Positions 37,821-51,439 of a stretch of DNA of 64,000 bases are shown here, piece by piece. A program made the translations under genes and the position numbers. The notes under the pieces are model-generated. The model had not been told where the DNA came from and ran no database searches. It saw only the letters and a program-made list of their open reading frames with translations. The stretch is from Haliotis rubra (Eukaryota). Each line of letters starts with the position of its first letter. Position 1 is the first letter of the stretch. The stretch covers positions 1 through 64,000 of the forward strand of contig NW_025767034.1 of assembly GCF_003918875.1 (NCBI RefSeq). The letters run 5' to 3'.

Positions 37821-40274
37821 CATACTGTATTGTATAATGATAGCACAACCTCTAGCTTAATATATCAGCAAGAGGACACAATTGCCTATCTAAAAACACC
37901 AGACAGGTGGTCACAGACTGGAGTCTTTCAGTGTTCATATCAAGGTCAGGTGATGTTTAAACTGTCTACAGGTGTCCATCTGCTTTATCAGTCAACATGT
38001 GTAATTTTAAAAAGATCACAAACAAAAAATGACACCTTTAGTTCGTGTTAAGTCTATTGATAAATTGCTATTCCATCTTCAATGGAATTGTTTCAATCAT
38101 TGTTTCTGTCATGTCATGCCATACAGGGAGAAGATTAAGGTGGGTATGCAACACGAAGTCTCTGCTTTTTCAATGCCAAAGTCAAGGTTAGTTCAAGTAC
38201 CACAAATAAAGTCATCTGCTTGTCTCATAAGCATGGAAGTATAATACATTATGTACATGTCAATGGTAACCAGTGGTGACTGCTATGAGACCAGCTGTGT
38301 TCACAGAGAAAGGAAGTCATAGTACTTCTACCTCCATCATTTCAATGTGGCAAGCAAGAATACTGTTAGAAATGATTTCAAGAACAGATATATTTAGGTG
38401 TAAGATTGTAGTCACAATTCAATAATAAACATCAATTAATTCAAAGCTGAATATATAAACTCTATTCAGTCTCACAACAAAAAATAAGATACTGTCAAAG
38501 TCAAGAACATTTCTTGAAATTATTTAATCAACTTTAGGCTCCAGGGTGATATAGAACACAAACATATATTTTCTGACACCAATGCAATTCCCATGGGAAC
38601 AACATGTCAATTCAAATGAACAAACCATTATCCTAAAGCACACACTACATGGTAAGAAGCTCTGAAACACAGCTGGTCATGTCTTGTTCATCCATTGCAA
38701 CACTGTTGCACGATGCAACAATGTTGTGTCCAACACTCACCCCAGGGAAATCTGCAGATACTTCCTTCCACTGCAAGAGCTTGGAAGATTCCATACAAGA
38801 CTTTTGGGGAGTTACAAAGCGTTGAGTATACCAGAGATTTCTAAAGCCACAAGCACCTGTTCTTGTAATATGTAGGGTTCCTGACAAAGGACAACAGATC
38901 TGTTTCCCAACTATTTTAAATCATTCAATGTTGGTGCTTATGAAATCATTACAAATCTTCTGTCATCAAAGTCATACGCTTGTCAAGTTCATGATAGTGT
39001 TTGCAATCTGCTAACAGATATACAATGTCCAAAATATGCTTGTCATAAATATACAATGAACTACTACAACAGCTACATTAAACACACATGTTAACTCTAT
39101 AGACTGAAATAGCTAAAAACACACAGGACTTTGCAGTTTACAAATGCAACATCTATAAACGAGTAAGATGACTGGATTTCTTTCTCTTATTGTTTAACAT
39201 CAGTTGATAGAAACAAATTAATACCAATCCCAGAAAACTATATTAACACACGTATCACATATGAAGTTCATATGGACCAAAGATCAGTTGGCTGAATATT
39301 GAAACTGAGTACTACTGTGTATTCCAATTCACAAAAATGTTTTGACACCTTATTCTTGAATACATCGATCATTATATTGCAAAAAGTTAAGAAATAGGGC
39401 AAATAATGTTTCTACAATTTCTGAAAATTAAAGACAGAATATTTTATTTGAAAGTTCAATATTTCTGATATGGCCTTTAGTTACAAATCTCATCCTAGTT
39501 GATCATTTCAAAACAATTACCATTGACAGGTCAAACAAGAAAATGCACTCACAAAAATCAAAGGGTGTTAATCATATTATCTTAAACTACAAATAAAACA
39601 GCATTCATGAAACTGTAAAGTAAACTCTTAGTCAAAACGTTTATTCAGCCATAACCCCTTCATTTCCCTTTGATAAAGGGTGTTAACACAGAACAGTCTG
39701 TCAACTCACAGCATTCAGTACTGATATAATACTACACAGATCTGATAGTACAGAAATTAGCAGGAAAACAAGCTTTTTTTGGCTTTTTTGTGCAGCTTAA
39801 CTGCATTTTTCAATTCTAAAAGCCATGAATTATATTGATATGTCACAATACACAACACAATTTGATATAAATATGACGCTTAAATACTAATTCACAAACA
39901 GATTGTACACACAACAAAATGTGTGTATAAATAGTTACATGAACCCTTTCTTTCGAAAGCAGTTTTTGTGATTCACAAGAAAGGAGAAGACATGTTCATC
40001 TTTTTTCTTCAATCCCTTATGTCCATTACATTTGGAGTAAGTATCCTTTATACAGCACTGTCTGGAAACACTTCTCCTCACTATCCGGGCACAGCAATCA
40101 CAAACTTGTATTGACCACAACACACGCTTTGTCCTACTTGTCACTGCTCCCAACTAGGACAGAATCAAAACAACGCTTTCTCGCACAACCAACTTCATTT
40201 ATCTACAGAAAGAAATCATTTGCTGTGTCAGAGATAGTGTGTAGAAATCTCTCCATGTAAGCAGTGCATGTAAA

Positions 40275-40650
40275 GTAACTCCTTGTCTCATCCATGACTG
40301 CATGAGATGTTGGCATGCAAGGTCACGGACAAAGAAGGTGTCTCCTTCTCACATCCATGAGTGCATGAGATGTTGGCACGCAAGGTCACGGACACAAAAG
40401 GTGTCTCCTTCTCACATCCATGACTGCATGAGATGTTGGCAAAGCTAGTTCACGGACAAAGAAGGTGTCTCCTTCTCACATCCATGACTGCATGAGATGT
40501 TGGCACAAGGTCACAGACAGAGAAGTAACTCCTTCTTACATCCATGACTGCATGAGATGTCGGGCAAGCTAGTTCACGGACAAAGAAGTTGACCTTCCCT
40601 CATCCATGACTGCAAGAAATGTTTGCATGTGAAGTCACGGAGAGAGAGAA
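40275..40650. repeat. About 63-bp tandem repeat, 6 copies
   Basis: catccatga at 40289, 40352, 40415, 40479, 40539 and 40601. Confidence 0.92.
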
Positions 40651-42833
40651 AGGTTAAGCCTTAACAGGAACTTAGCAAAGCTACAACTTCAGGCATTTCC
40701 AAAAACCGACAATCATCGACAACATTTTCGAATCAGACATGCATGCATAAACAGACCATGGTGCTCTGATAATTACAAGTCCTTGTCATTGACATTAAAG
40801 TGATAATGGTATAAAACTGACTTGGAATAGTCTTAGTACCATGGCTGCTCTATGCACGCAGTTTCAAAGCTTTAACAAATGGCCCAGTCTGGTAAGTGTG
40901 GTAGATATATACTTCCCAACTAACACCTCTTCAGGAAGTCAAATCCTACCAAACTGTCTTGATGCCATGAGTATCAGCATGGTGTGTTGGAGATGCGGAG
41001 TACATAAAGTTTGCTCAAGTTCATCTGAATGTTCATCTGAGAGGTTGTTCCTCTTTCGAAAAGACGCCGCAAGTCATTCTGTAGACTTGAACATTGTCAA
41101 GCTTCACACAATTACATCAGTGAAACATTTCTCCACAATTTGTCCTTGACTTCCACTTAGAGGACTGTCCAATGATCACCTGATTGCTGCCTGGCTTGAT
41201 CACTGCTTGATGTCCAGTCCTAAACTTCAGCTTGGTCTTCAAGCTGTTCTTGTTGTTTGGGGTCCAATGGTTACTGGATGTTATCTGTCCAACTGTTAAG
41301 TTGGGTTGTCCATCCATGAGGATGTAATTCTCTGTTGTTCGATTTCCATCAAGACGTAAGATAAGCTCTTAGTCCCTGTCATGTCATTTTCTGGGGAAAG
41401 TAGTTCATATGTAGCAGAATGTCTTTACTGCAATTAGCAATATCTGCTATTGAAGTAATCATTTTAAGTAAGTTCTATTAAATAGCTACAAGAATTATAT
41501 TCTTTTCTTTTCAGATAATCTGTAAGAATATTTTCTGTCTACTGAAACAAATTTAGAAAAATATCAATTCTCCCTCCGCCCAGATCGCTCTATTAAACTT
41601 ATTCTAATCTCAAGAGATCACTGAATAATATTATACTGACAGCTCTTAGTAGAGCCTCAACTTAGTATCATACATCTTGTGGAAATGATGAGAAAGACAG
41701 ACGCCATCTCATATATAGTCGGTACATTTCCGATTTCTTTTCCCTTTGTAACAGGAATCCATCAGTGATAAAACAAACCTTGTATTATGCATGTAAGATA
41801 ATATGTTCCCTACACAACAAATTATTCAACTGAAGGGTGACGTTCATTCAATATGAGAATATCAATAAACAGGAGAGTATTGGTTCAACAATCCCAAAAA
41901 GCATGTTTCAAATAAAATTGTTTGGATGACACTTTGAATATACAATATGGCCATGTGTTCTCAGTTGCTCCATAGTCAAGAGTCCACCATGGCTTAAAGT
42001 AGGCAGGTATTCTATATTCAAATGAAACTCATACAGACATTTATCGATAATGCATATTAAAATTGACCTCAAAAGAGAGGTGTGAAATAATTCATAATAA
42101 ACAGCAGCTGTAACACTTGTGATTATTCCAGCAAATCAAACTGTAAGGATTTTACATCTGGAACAATGTTTTCAGTTACCTTAACAACGAAATTATGCTA
42201 TTGGCATTTAGAACTCTAAAGTTGAGAGAAGAAAGTAGATTAGTGGTCTCTTTGAGGGTAAACTTCTCAGCAGAGGTCTTCATTGACTCCTTCTGTAAGT
42301 AAGCTGCACCGTGAACTGAAGACACTCAAAATAGGTCAAGTCGCATGATGGATTCAACTTCAGTGAGTCCATTATCGATTTCCATAATCAAGCTGTCACA
42401 AGAGTGCTCTCCCTTTACAAGAGTGCTCTCCCTTTACAAGGGTGCTCTCCCTTTGCCTCTATTCACTCCAGGCACAGGTTTAAAGTTCTTCAGTCAGTCA
42501 AAATAATTCTATTGTTTCAACACACACAACTTGTCTCAGTTACAAGCTTTACTACTACTACGCCTTCTAGAGAATTTCTATTCACAAAATTTGGCATCCC
42601 TCAGCAGCAGAATTTTATCAGTGGTTTGTGTAGCGCTTTCGAGTACACACAAATCTCTCAGGTATAAAACTCTCACCTGCACTCTTCATTAACTGAGATA
42701 ACAAACCAGGTTGGGGTTAGCACTAACTGCACTGTGTATGGGAGCACAATGGGGCTAGCTCATGCAGTAGATCACTCACTCAGTCATGGTAATATAAGTA
42801 CTTTGCACAAGGATTGTCCACACGGAGACCTCT

Positions 42834-43344
42834 CTACTCCATTCACCATTTGCTCTTTGGTTTTGGCAGGATTGTTCACTTTAGATTTTGCACTTTTAGA
42901 GTCTGAGTCACTTCCACTGGGTTGATTTGCCACCTTTGCTTGCGCCTGGTGGAGCCTCGGGTTTCCTCACGCTGCTCGCGTGGAGGTTCTTTCTGAGACC
43001 GCTGAACCTCCCCGAGAAGCTCTGGCGCATGAGCTGGCATCACCAGTGCCATTTATCTTATCAGCATTATTTACAGAGTTTTTATAACCTTGGTTACCCG
43101 CTGAAGCAGAAAGTTGAGAACTGGACTGTCCGGGCCAGCTCTGCCAGCAGCCTGTTGGGTGGGAGGGGCACTGCTTCCACCAGCTCCTCCTCCTCGCACC
43201 GCCTCGGGGCATACCACCATACCGCCACTGCCTCTGAAGTTGGAAAACACTGGTGTCCGCCTCAGTGCCTGAAGTAAAACCTCCACTGCCACTTAACTCT
43301 GTTTCGCTTCTTCGCCTCCGCCTCGTCCCGGCCCGATCATGAAT
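42834..43344 (-). CDS. FMR1: FMR1/FXR last coding exon (Arg/Gly-rich, low complexity; several apparent indels; stop position approximate)
   Basis: taacag acceptor; R-rich and RGG-rich segments; ends ...KTKEQMVNG.., similar to the LVNGV C-terminus of FMRP/FXR. Confidence 0.75.
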
Positions 43345-43939
43345 CTGTTATAACAAAATCACAATGCATTTACAATTTGTTTTGTTGTTCAACAGGGCAA
43401 TCAACAATGGTCCAGCTATATACTGGTTGTTTTGTTCAATGTGTGATTTTGAAATGTATTTCTGGTATTCACCGGCAGTTCTGGAGAGGTGAGGCATTCC
43501 AGATAGTGATCATTTGCTAACCATGCCAGTGAATGAGTGAGTTTGGTTCTACGCCACTTTTAGCAATATTCCAGCAATGTCACGGTGGGGGACACCAGAA
43601 ATGGGCTTCACACATTGAGGAATCGAACCGGGGTCTTCAGCGTGATGATACTTTAACCATTAGGCTACCCCACCACCCCTAATGATGCCAGAGAGAGGAC
43701 AGACAGAGATGATGCAGGTCATAGACGCTTACCACTTCTGTGAAGCCCCAGAGCAAGGGTTTCATGCTGACAAGCTTGGACCCAAACTCAGGACAAACCT
43801 GGGATGCCCGCCCATGATCACTGGATCCAGGGACATCCAAGATATAGCCTGCCAGTGGTGCCTAATGTTCCCATAAAGAAAACTTTGGAACAATAATGAT
43901 AATCAACATCCATCTCTGTTTTTGTGAAGGAATAGTTAC

Positions 43940-44042
43940 CTTGATCTTGGCTGTTGACACTGGCGCTTGTCTAGGACGGTATCATCATCATCGGTCATTC
44001 GACGACGGAACGGCTATCGCTGGGAATCATCATCATCATTGA
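43940..44042 (-). CDS. FMR1: FMR1/FXR C-terminal exon (RRR-TDDDD-TVLD motif; contains apparent indels)
   Basis: ttttag / gtaact; RRRMTDDDDTVLD then, shifted, ASVNSQDQ, resembling FXR1 RRRRTDEDAVLMD...ASVNEN. Confidence 0.78.
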
Positions 44043-44947
44043 CTAAAACAATTGGTAACGGTAAATGATAAAATATAATATTTCTTTTAAAATATTAAAA
44101 TGTGTTTTAAATAGGGAAACGGTTATTGGCAATATAATAAAGTATGCATATATGACTCTTTAAAGGATTAACTCATTAAGAAAGAAAATGATGGATTATA
44201 GTTTTGACTGTATGAAACTATTCAAGTCATGCAGCTATACATATATATGTTAGTCAAGCAAATGCACAACTGCACCCCTTAAAACAACACTGATTATTGT
44301 TCTCAGTTAATGAAGTGTAGCTTCAAATACAAGCAAAATCTAGAACAATAAAGCAAGTCTGGCAGCAAGCATGCTGGTGTCTCTAATGATACTTAGGACA
44401 AAAAGGGACTGGATTTTGTTCATTTCAAAGACATAAAATGCAGATTTCAAGAATAATAAATCTCCTTTGCCAACACCCAATAGAAATCCATTTAATAGTT
44501 ACATGATTTATGTCAGATTCAATTTCAGACCCTTATTTCATCAAAATGTTACTGGGTGAAGAAAACCCAAAGATATTCATGTTTTTGCATTTTCAATATA
44601 TTTTATCTATCCGTAATCCACATTTACAAATGTCCTGAACTAGCAATCAAAAGATTGCAAACACAAACTCAATGTATTCCTCTGTACCCTAACATTTACT
44701 GACAAAATTTACAAATTTACCAAATAATTTACCCAAAATCCAACTGATCTGCCCCTACCCCTCTTCCCCACTTGAGTCTCAGTTTATCTAAGCCTCAATG
44801 AAACAGGGTCGCTTAAATCCAATGAAATCTTTCTCCCGATCCACTACAATCATCTCTTCAACAGTATCACATGCACTCATGCTGCCAGAGTTAGTTCAAC
44901 AGAGTTGGTATTAACAAGTTCATGGAAGGGGAAAGCAAACAACATAC

Positions 44948-45024
44948 ATGTCCGTGGTGGACTTTAAGTCTCAGGTGATCGGGCCGATTATTGTGTCCTC
45001 GATAGCCATCATAGTGTTCAGAAT
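44948..45024 (-). CDS. Possible (alternative) FMR1/FXR exon
   Basis: tttgacag / gtatgt boundaries; reads DSEHYDGYRGHNNRP...; 77 nt, one short of a symmetric 78-nt exon; no motif match. Confidence 0.4.
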
Positions 45025-46728
45025 CTGTCAAACAAAGAACAACCCTGCAGCATGCTTCTACCTACCGTATTCATGCAATGTCAGAGGTGCTGACAGGTTC
45101 CAACTGCCCTCAAAACAGACAACTCTCACCAAATGGCAATGTTAAACGGAAGATCAAAGTTCTTGTACCTCACCTTGACAGTGTGAGAAATAGTTTCCAA
45201 ATTTTGCTAGCCAGTCAGGCTTGCTATGCCTGAAAGTTACTAGCCCACAAAATAATTAACAAGTCCAAATTTGAATGTAGAAACTAGGCAAAAGATTTCA
45301 AAAATAGATGAGAATATGATATTGTCAGCATGACACGGCTTTCATCATTAAGCTGCTAATATGATGAATAGTTTTATCAGGCCATAATCTTGCCTGTGTA
45401 TTATAACTTAGTAAGTAGGAGAGAGTGATATATTTACCCAAATGACCCCATGAAAATGCACTAGCCAGTCGGGCCAGTGACTGTGGAAATTTTACTGGAA
45501 ATTTAGTGGCTATTTCAAGACACTGCACCTGGTCAATAAGCTTATCTGGTTATATTCAATGGTCATGAGTGAGGGAGTGAGTTTAGTTTTACTCCACTTA
45601 TAACAATATTCCAGCACTATCACGCATGGCTTACACCAGAAATGGGTTTCACACATTGTACCCATGTGGGGAATCAAACCTTGGTCTTTGGCATGATGAG
45701 CGGACACTTTAACCATTAAGGCTACCCCACCACCCAATTAGTTACAGTGGTTGGGATGTAAATACAATAAAAATTTCAGGTCTTGGATCATGGTTCAAAC
45801 AAAGCTTGATGTAAGGTCTATTTTTTCAAGGCATGAATAAGTCACTGATTATACTTTTCAAGACGGTAAATAACACCCAAGTGAGCTTCAAATGTGTATA
45901 TAGGACATTCTGGCTGTATTCAACTTTTAGAATGATTCTAACTGCATACCTAAATCCATTCAATGAAATTTTTAGCAAAGGTGTCACCATTGCCTTGTTC
46001 TGGTTCTGTTTTGATGAGACCGAAATTGTCTATGTTAACAAGAATACAGAACAAAGTGAACCCAAAATTCTTTCAGGAATGGTAATCCTGATTTTATCTC
46101 ATACCTTTTCATTTGAGTATTCTGACTGACTGACTGACTGAGTTTGGTTTTACGCCGCTTTTAGCAATATTCCAGCAACATCAATCTAAGGGGACACCAG
46201 AAATGGGCTTCACACATTGTACCCATGTGGGGATTCGAACTCGGTCTTCGCTGACGAGCCAATGCTTTAATTACTAGGCTACCCTAATCACTTCCCCATT
46301 TGAATATTCACTTGATTCTTCCATTACATGATGCCTAGTTTGAAATACATTTGTATCAGATACTCAACATGCATGTACAAGTTACAGTTATGTCTCAATA
46401 CATCCTGCTTCCATGCATGCACTGCCATATTGGAAATAGAATGAGAGAGTAAATATGTTTAATGTTAAAGTAGTTATACAACAAAATATGAGTTAGATAC
46501 CAAACGCAGATAAAAACTGCCAACATACACTTTTCATATAAACACTATATAGTGAGTGAGTACGTTTTTATGTTGCTTTTAGCATTACCCCAGAAATTTG
46601 GCTGGGACACCAGAAATGCTCTTCACACAGTATAGCCATGTGGGGAATTGAGCCTGGGTCTTCAGCTTGGCAAGCTAACGCTTTAACCCCTTTCTAAATT
46701 GTCTAGGAATCGAATCATTTTGTCAAAA

Positions 46729-46889
46729 TCTATCTAGTTTCTCGCCTCTTGTTGTTAATTTCCTGCATTATGATCATATCTCATTTACCAAATCGAAACG
46801 GACCGGACCGAAACAGACCGAACCGAAGGCCTTGTACCGCTAATACATTAACGCATCGTGGGCAAGAGCCGCATCGCTTTCACCCCTAG
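46729..46889 (+). mobile_element. Possible short non-autonomous Helitron
   Basis: A|TC start, CTAG|T end, imperfect GC-rich hairpin just before CTAG, internal (GACCG/AACCG) repeats. Confidence 0.35.
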
Positions 46890-47714
46890 TAGTAAACCTT
46901 TTTCTACATATGGTGTCTTAAGGTTTACAGCATTTCACAACATGGTGTCCAGCCTATAATCATGACTCGTCTTGTTACATCACTCACAGATGCATGGGCA
47001 CATTTACTGTATGTCATATCACACATCCTAAGTGAACAGTTCAGTTTAATGTTACAGTAATTCATTGTGATAGTCAAATATCATAAGCTGCTGTATACGG
47101 TTCAGTCACGCATGAAATGTTACTGGCTAGCCAGGGTAAGTTGAGATGTGACCTCACAATTAACCCCCATGACATTATATGAGGGACACCCTCTGGTGTG
47201 AACCATTGTAAAGACTGTCTGACTGAGTTTGGTTTTACGCCACTTTTAGCAATATTCCAGCAACATCACGGCAGGGGACACCAGAAATGGGCTTCACACA
47301 TTGTACCCATGTGGGGATTTGAACCTGGGTCTTCGGGCGGACGAGTTAACGCTTTAACCATTAGGCTACCCCAATCACCCCCATTGTAAAGAAAGGGGTA
47401 TTAGGTGTTAGCCAACAAGTAGTACCATAGATATGTGCACAACACACATACACCCTCTCTACCTGCAACAAACCAAGCAGGATTGCCCAAATGCTGTGGA
47501 GCGTCTTGTCTCAACTTGTTTTGTGAGTTGGTTCAACTTATCCTGGATTACCAATAAAACATTCCTGTAGTCTTGATCTTTGGTATCTATTCCTAAGCAT
47601 CATCATCATCATCATCATCAATATCGCCAGGCAGCAGTATGCAACACACACCTATCTCCCTATGAAGATTCCCTGATCTATTCATGCAGACTGACAGGCT
47701 TGGGTGACACTTAC

Positions 47715-47886
47715 CTGAGTCTCTACGAGATGAGTACCCCGAAAGTACCTCCCCCTGCCACGCCTCTCTCGGTAGCCACTCTTCCACTCAACACACTGTC
47801 AGTCAAGTAGCCAGATGTCCGCCTCTCTTCTGCCATTACTTCTGCAGACCAATCACCAACAGGCTCTGGAGACGTCGCTTCATCCC
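47715..47886 (-). CDS. FMR1: FMR1/FXR C-terminal exon (DWS motif, RGG-like; contains an apparent indel)
   Basis: catcag / gtaagt; DEATSPEPVGDWSAEVMAEERRTSGYLTDSVLSGR followed by RG-rich sequence in a shifted frame. Confidence 0.78.
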
Positions 47887-48135
47887 CTGATGCCAATACA
47901 GAGAGAGTGAGGTGGGATTTGGAGGTCATACATCATCATGAATGGCTTCACAGAACAGATGTTGTGCCTAGGGTAAAAAATTGCAGCAACATCCTAATGG
48001 GAGCTCTGCCAGAGAAGCATCCTATAAATTGATCAGATGAAAGCATCAAAGCATGGTCTAGATAAGCAAATACACTGACTACACAACCAGGCTGCCCTGC
48101 AGTTGTATTTAGGTTGTGAAATCAGTTCATCTCAC

Positions 48136-48242
48136 CAGTGTTCATGCCATGCCGCTTCTGTTGCCCATCTCCGTCACGCCCCATGCCACGCCCACCTCGG
48201 CCACGCCTTCCTCTTTCATCTGTGTAAGGGTCATTGCTCCCT
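48136..48242 (-). CDS. FMR1: FMR1/FXR RG-rich exon
   Basis: tttcag / gtgaga; GSNDPYTDERGRRGRGGRGMGR...; phase is compatible with neighbours. Confidence 0.8.
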
Positions 48243-48727
48243 CTGAAATGTAAACATTTATTAGACAACTATGACTAAACAAAGTATTGAAGAGCTGCAG
48301 CTGAAGCAGATACTGTCTGGTCAACCCAAACTTTCTTGCCCAGAGGAAGATGGCAAAATATTCAGTCCTCAACTTAACACAATGTAACAGCTTTATGGAT
48401 GAAGCAGCTTTGTAACTTTACATTGACAATACAAATGAAACTTTCAAATGGAACTGCTCAGTTAAGGGAGCCAGGGTGATAAGCACATAAATGGCTTACA
48501 CATATTGAGGAACATTTTAGCCACATCATAGAGGTTTACACAGAGCTTTGGATAACTTTTTTCACGCTAAGTGATACGATGTTGTTTTCTTACCCCTGGA
48601 AAAAAGTTTGATTTAAAAGCTGCAACCCATATATAAGCCAACCCCATTCTACAGACTGCTTTTTGGGGTCCTCATAATTCGGCTTATCTACGGCAATTTA
48701 CGGTATTCTCCCTTTCGTGACCAGAAT

Positions 48728-49312
48728 AACAAGAAGACAAAGTCATCAATATCCCCCGCACTGGCAAAATACCCTTCATGATTATGTCTACGAGTTATGA
48801 TTATGTCAACTATTTAGGTGTGTATATAGAAAAGTGGAAGGAGAGTATTGAAAGGTTTTTAAAGTTCTGCTCCAGAAAGGGTCACTATCACCAATTTCAG
48901 TCTATGTCAAACTTGTTGCCATGGAAACGCCAAAAATATTTTATTCAGAATTCCAAAACTACCAAAACGCACCAGTACACCACCAGACCAATCTATGTGC
49001 CAAGTTTGGTGAAGAAATAGTGAACGGTTTTAGAGTTCAGCTCCGGAAAAGAGCACTACCAAGAAATTTCAGGCTAAGTCAAACTTGTTGCCACGGAAAC
49101 GCCAAAAATATTTTATTCAGAATTCCAAAACTACCAAAAGGCACCAGTACACCACCAGATCTATCTATGTGCCAAGTTTGGTGAAGAAATAGTGAACGGT
49201 TTTAGAGTTCTGCTCCGGAAAAGACAAATGTGCACGGACGGACGCACGCATTCACGCACGCACGCACACACGGAGTCCATTTTAATACCCCCAAAAGCGC
49301 TATGTTGATAAT
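48728..49312 (+). mobile_element. Helentron-associated (HINE/pearl-like) non-autonomous element
   Basis: aacaag start, atatcccccgc subterminal motif, two tandem core repeats of about 173 bp, (GACG/CACG)n microsatellite, then aataccccc...gataat end. Confidence 0.6.
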
Positions 49313-49449
49313 CAACCCTCGCATAATTCAGAAAAATCAACCAGGTTTTACTAAGCTTAGTTATAGCCAGAACCTCTAAACCATCACTTTAGAGCAGACA
49401 ACAACTAAACAGACTGATTCCATAATGTCTTCAAACTGAACAAACGAAC

Positions 49450-49553
49450 CTCCTTTCCCGCGGAGGGGGAAAGTAGGGCCCAGACTGGGGGCCAGAGAGA
49501 CTCTTCAGCTGTTGGTCTATCTCCTGCTTTGCTTGTCGCAGCTGCTCCACTTC
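49450..49553 (-). CDS. FMR1: FMR1/FXR exon, NES/coiled-coil region
   Basis: ccacag / gttcgt; EVEQLRQAKQEIDQQLKSLSGPQSGPYFPPPRERR resembles [20 protein letters not shown]. Confidence 0.92.
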
Positions 49554-49926
49554 CTGTGGTACAAATAAAATGAACAAACTGATGGGATATTCAGGCTCAA
49601 GGAGGCCATACATCTTTCTTTATGCTTTATGACTGACCACTTAATAATTATAAACTTATGTCACGAAAGTCTTAGGTGTGATACACGCTGGTTTCTTTCT
49701 ATAGTAATATCAACACATGCCACTTTCATCACAACAACCATTAGGTATTAAAGAGCATAAAATGGTTTCCTTCTTTTCTTTTTAAAATGAATATGTCTAT
49801 TCACGCTATCCATATAGTGGCTATTGTGTATTTAATTATAATTTCAAATTCAAACTTCTCATTTCACTATAGAGGTATATCTCAGTCAGCTGTATATTCA
49901 AGGCATGTAGAAGACATAGAACTTAC

Positions 49927-50013
49927 CCGTAAATGTGTTAAGTGGTAATCTAATAACAGCTGTGCATTTGCAATACTTTCTACAGTTCAATTTAAAATGA
50001 AAGGCACCTGTCC
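49927..50013 (-). CDS. FMR1: FMR1/FXR exon, KH2 C-terminal part, 87 nt (in-frame TGA at 49987-49989 as assembled)
   Basis: tttcag / gtaagt; GQVPFILN*TVESIANAQLLLDYHLTHLR resembles [27 protein letters not shown]. Confidence 0.93.
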
Positions 50014-50444
50014 CTGAAATTCAAAGGTCTGAAAACTCAGTCGAGATCTGATCATGTTAAAATTTTATCTCATAAAGAATGAACAGAACAGCTATCAGAA
50101 AACTGATAGTTAATATTTGGGATCAAGTTAATGAATAATCGCCAACATACACTTTTCACACAAACAGCATAGTGAGTGAGTGAGGGAGTATGGTTGAAGT
50201 CATTTTTAGCAAAGTTACAGCAATATCATGGATGAGGACACAAGAAGTGGGCTTCACACACGTGGGAAATGAACCTTCTTCAGCATGAGTGAGCGTTTGT
50301 AACCAATAGGCTACCCCACCGACCCCTAAGTGGTATCCAAGAATCTGGTTCCTTATATCTATCTTACTGAACATGACATAAGTTTAAAAATGGAAGCAAT
50401 TCAAATCCTTTTAAATATCAATTTTGTAATGTTATCGGTAATAC

Positions 50445-50554
50445 CTCTTCTCTTGGCTGGTCAGTTTCATTGTCCCCCTCGATTTTGACCCTCACAACAC
50501 CTGACTTGTCTACTATGTCTTGAATGTTTCGGCCATTCTTCCCTATAACTTTGG
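50445..50554 (-). CDS. FMR1: FMR1/FXR exon, KH2 domain, 110 nt
   Basis: tttcag / gtatta; [37 protein letters not shown]; GKNG loop present and the Ile304-equivalent is conserved. Confidence 0.96.
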
Positions 50555-51360
50555 CTGAAACAAGACGAGTCACACATTAGAGTGGTACATAAAGCCTGTA
50601 TTTTCACATTTTAATATTGACTTGTCGAGGAGAAAAATCTTGTGTTGACCGTGTATGGAAGATGAACAAACTAATGGACAGTGAGAGAGTGAGTTTAGTT
50701 TTATGCCACTTCTAGCAATATTCCAGCAATATCATGGCGGAGGACCCTATAAATGGGCTTCACACAATGTACCTGTGGGGACTCGAACCCGGGTCTTTGG
50801 CGTGACAAGCAAACGCATCAACCACAAGGCTACATCACCACCCCTAAACAAATAAATACAACAGTCCCTTAATTTCCTACTTAGGATGAGCGACTGGGTG
50901 AGGGAGTGGGTAAATTGACACACACCATCAAGGTACATAGTTCCACTTCAAAGCAGTCCAGTCACCAAACTGTTTAGTGAGGGAGTATGATTTTACGCCA
51001 CTTATAGCAATATTCCAGCAATGTCACGTCGGGGGAGACTATAAAATGGGTATCACACATTGTACTCATGTGGAGAATTGAACCTGGGTCTTTAGCACGA
51101 CAAGTGGATGCTTGTAACCATTCAGCTACCCCACTGAACCCCAAACTATGTGTAATCCAGTCTGACTGATATGGGCATGTTTTCAGCCTCATACAACTAA
51201 AATCTATTCTGCTTCAGAAATGATATTTAAGATGTAAAACAGAGCTAAATCTATATTCTGGTCAATGAAGCCTGCTGTGACCAATACTGTCTGTCAATGA
51301 CAAGTATAAATATACTAAAACTTTGTTGATTGAACTATGTCTTTGTTTCTCAATACTTAC

Positions 51361-51439
51361 CCACTAGATCTCTCGGGACTTGAAATGTCTGTTCAGCAAA
51401 TTCTAACATGTTTCTAGCTTGTTTTACAGCATCTTGAGT
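51361..51439 (-). CDS. FMR1: FMR1/FXR exon, KH1-KH2 junction, 79 nt
   Basis: ttttag / gtaagt; TQDAVKQARNMLEFAEQTFQVPRDLV resembles FMRP [26 protein letters not shown]. Confidence 0.95.
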
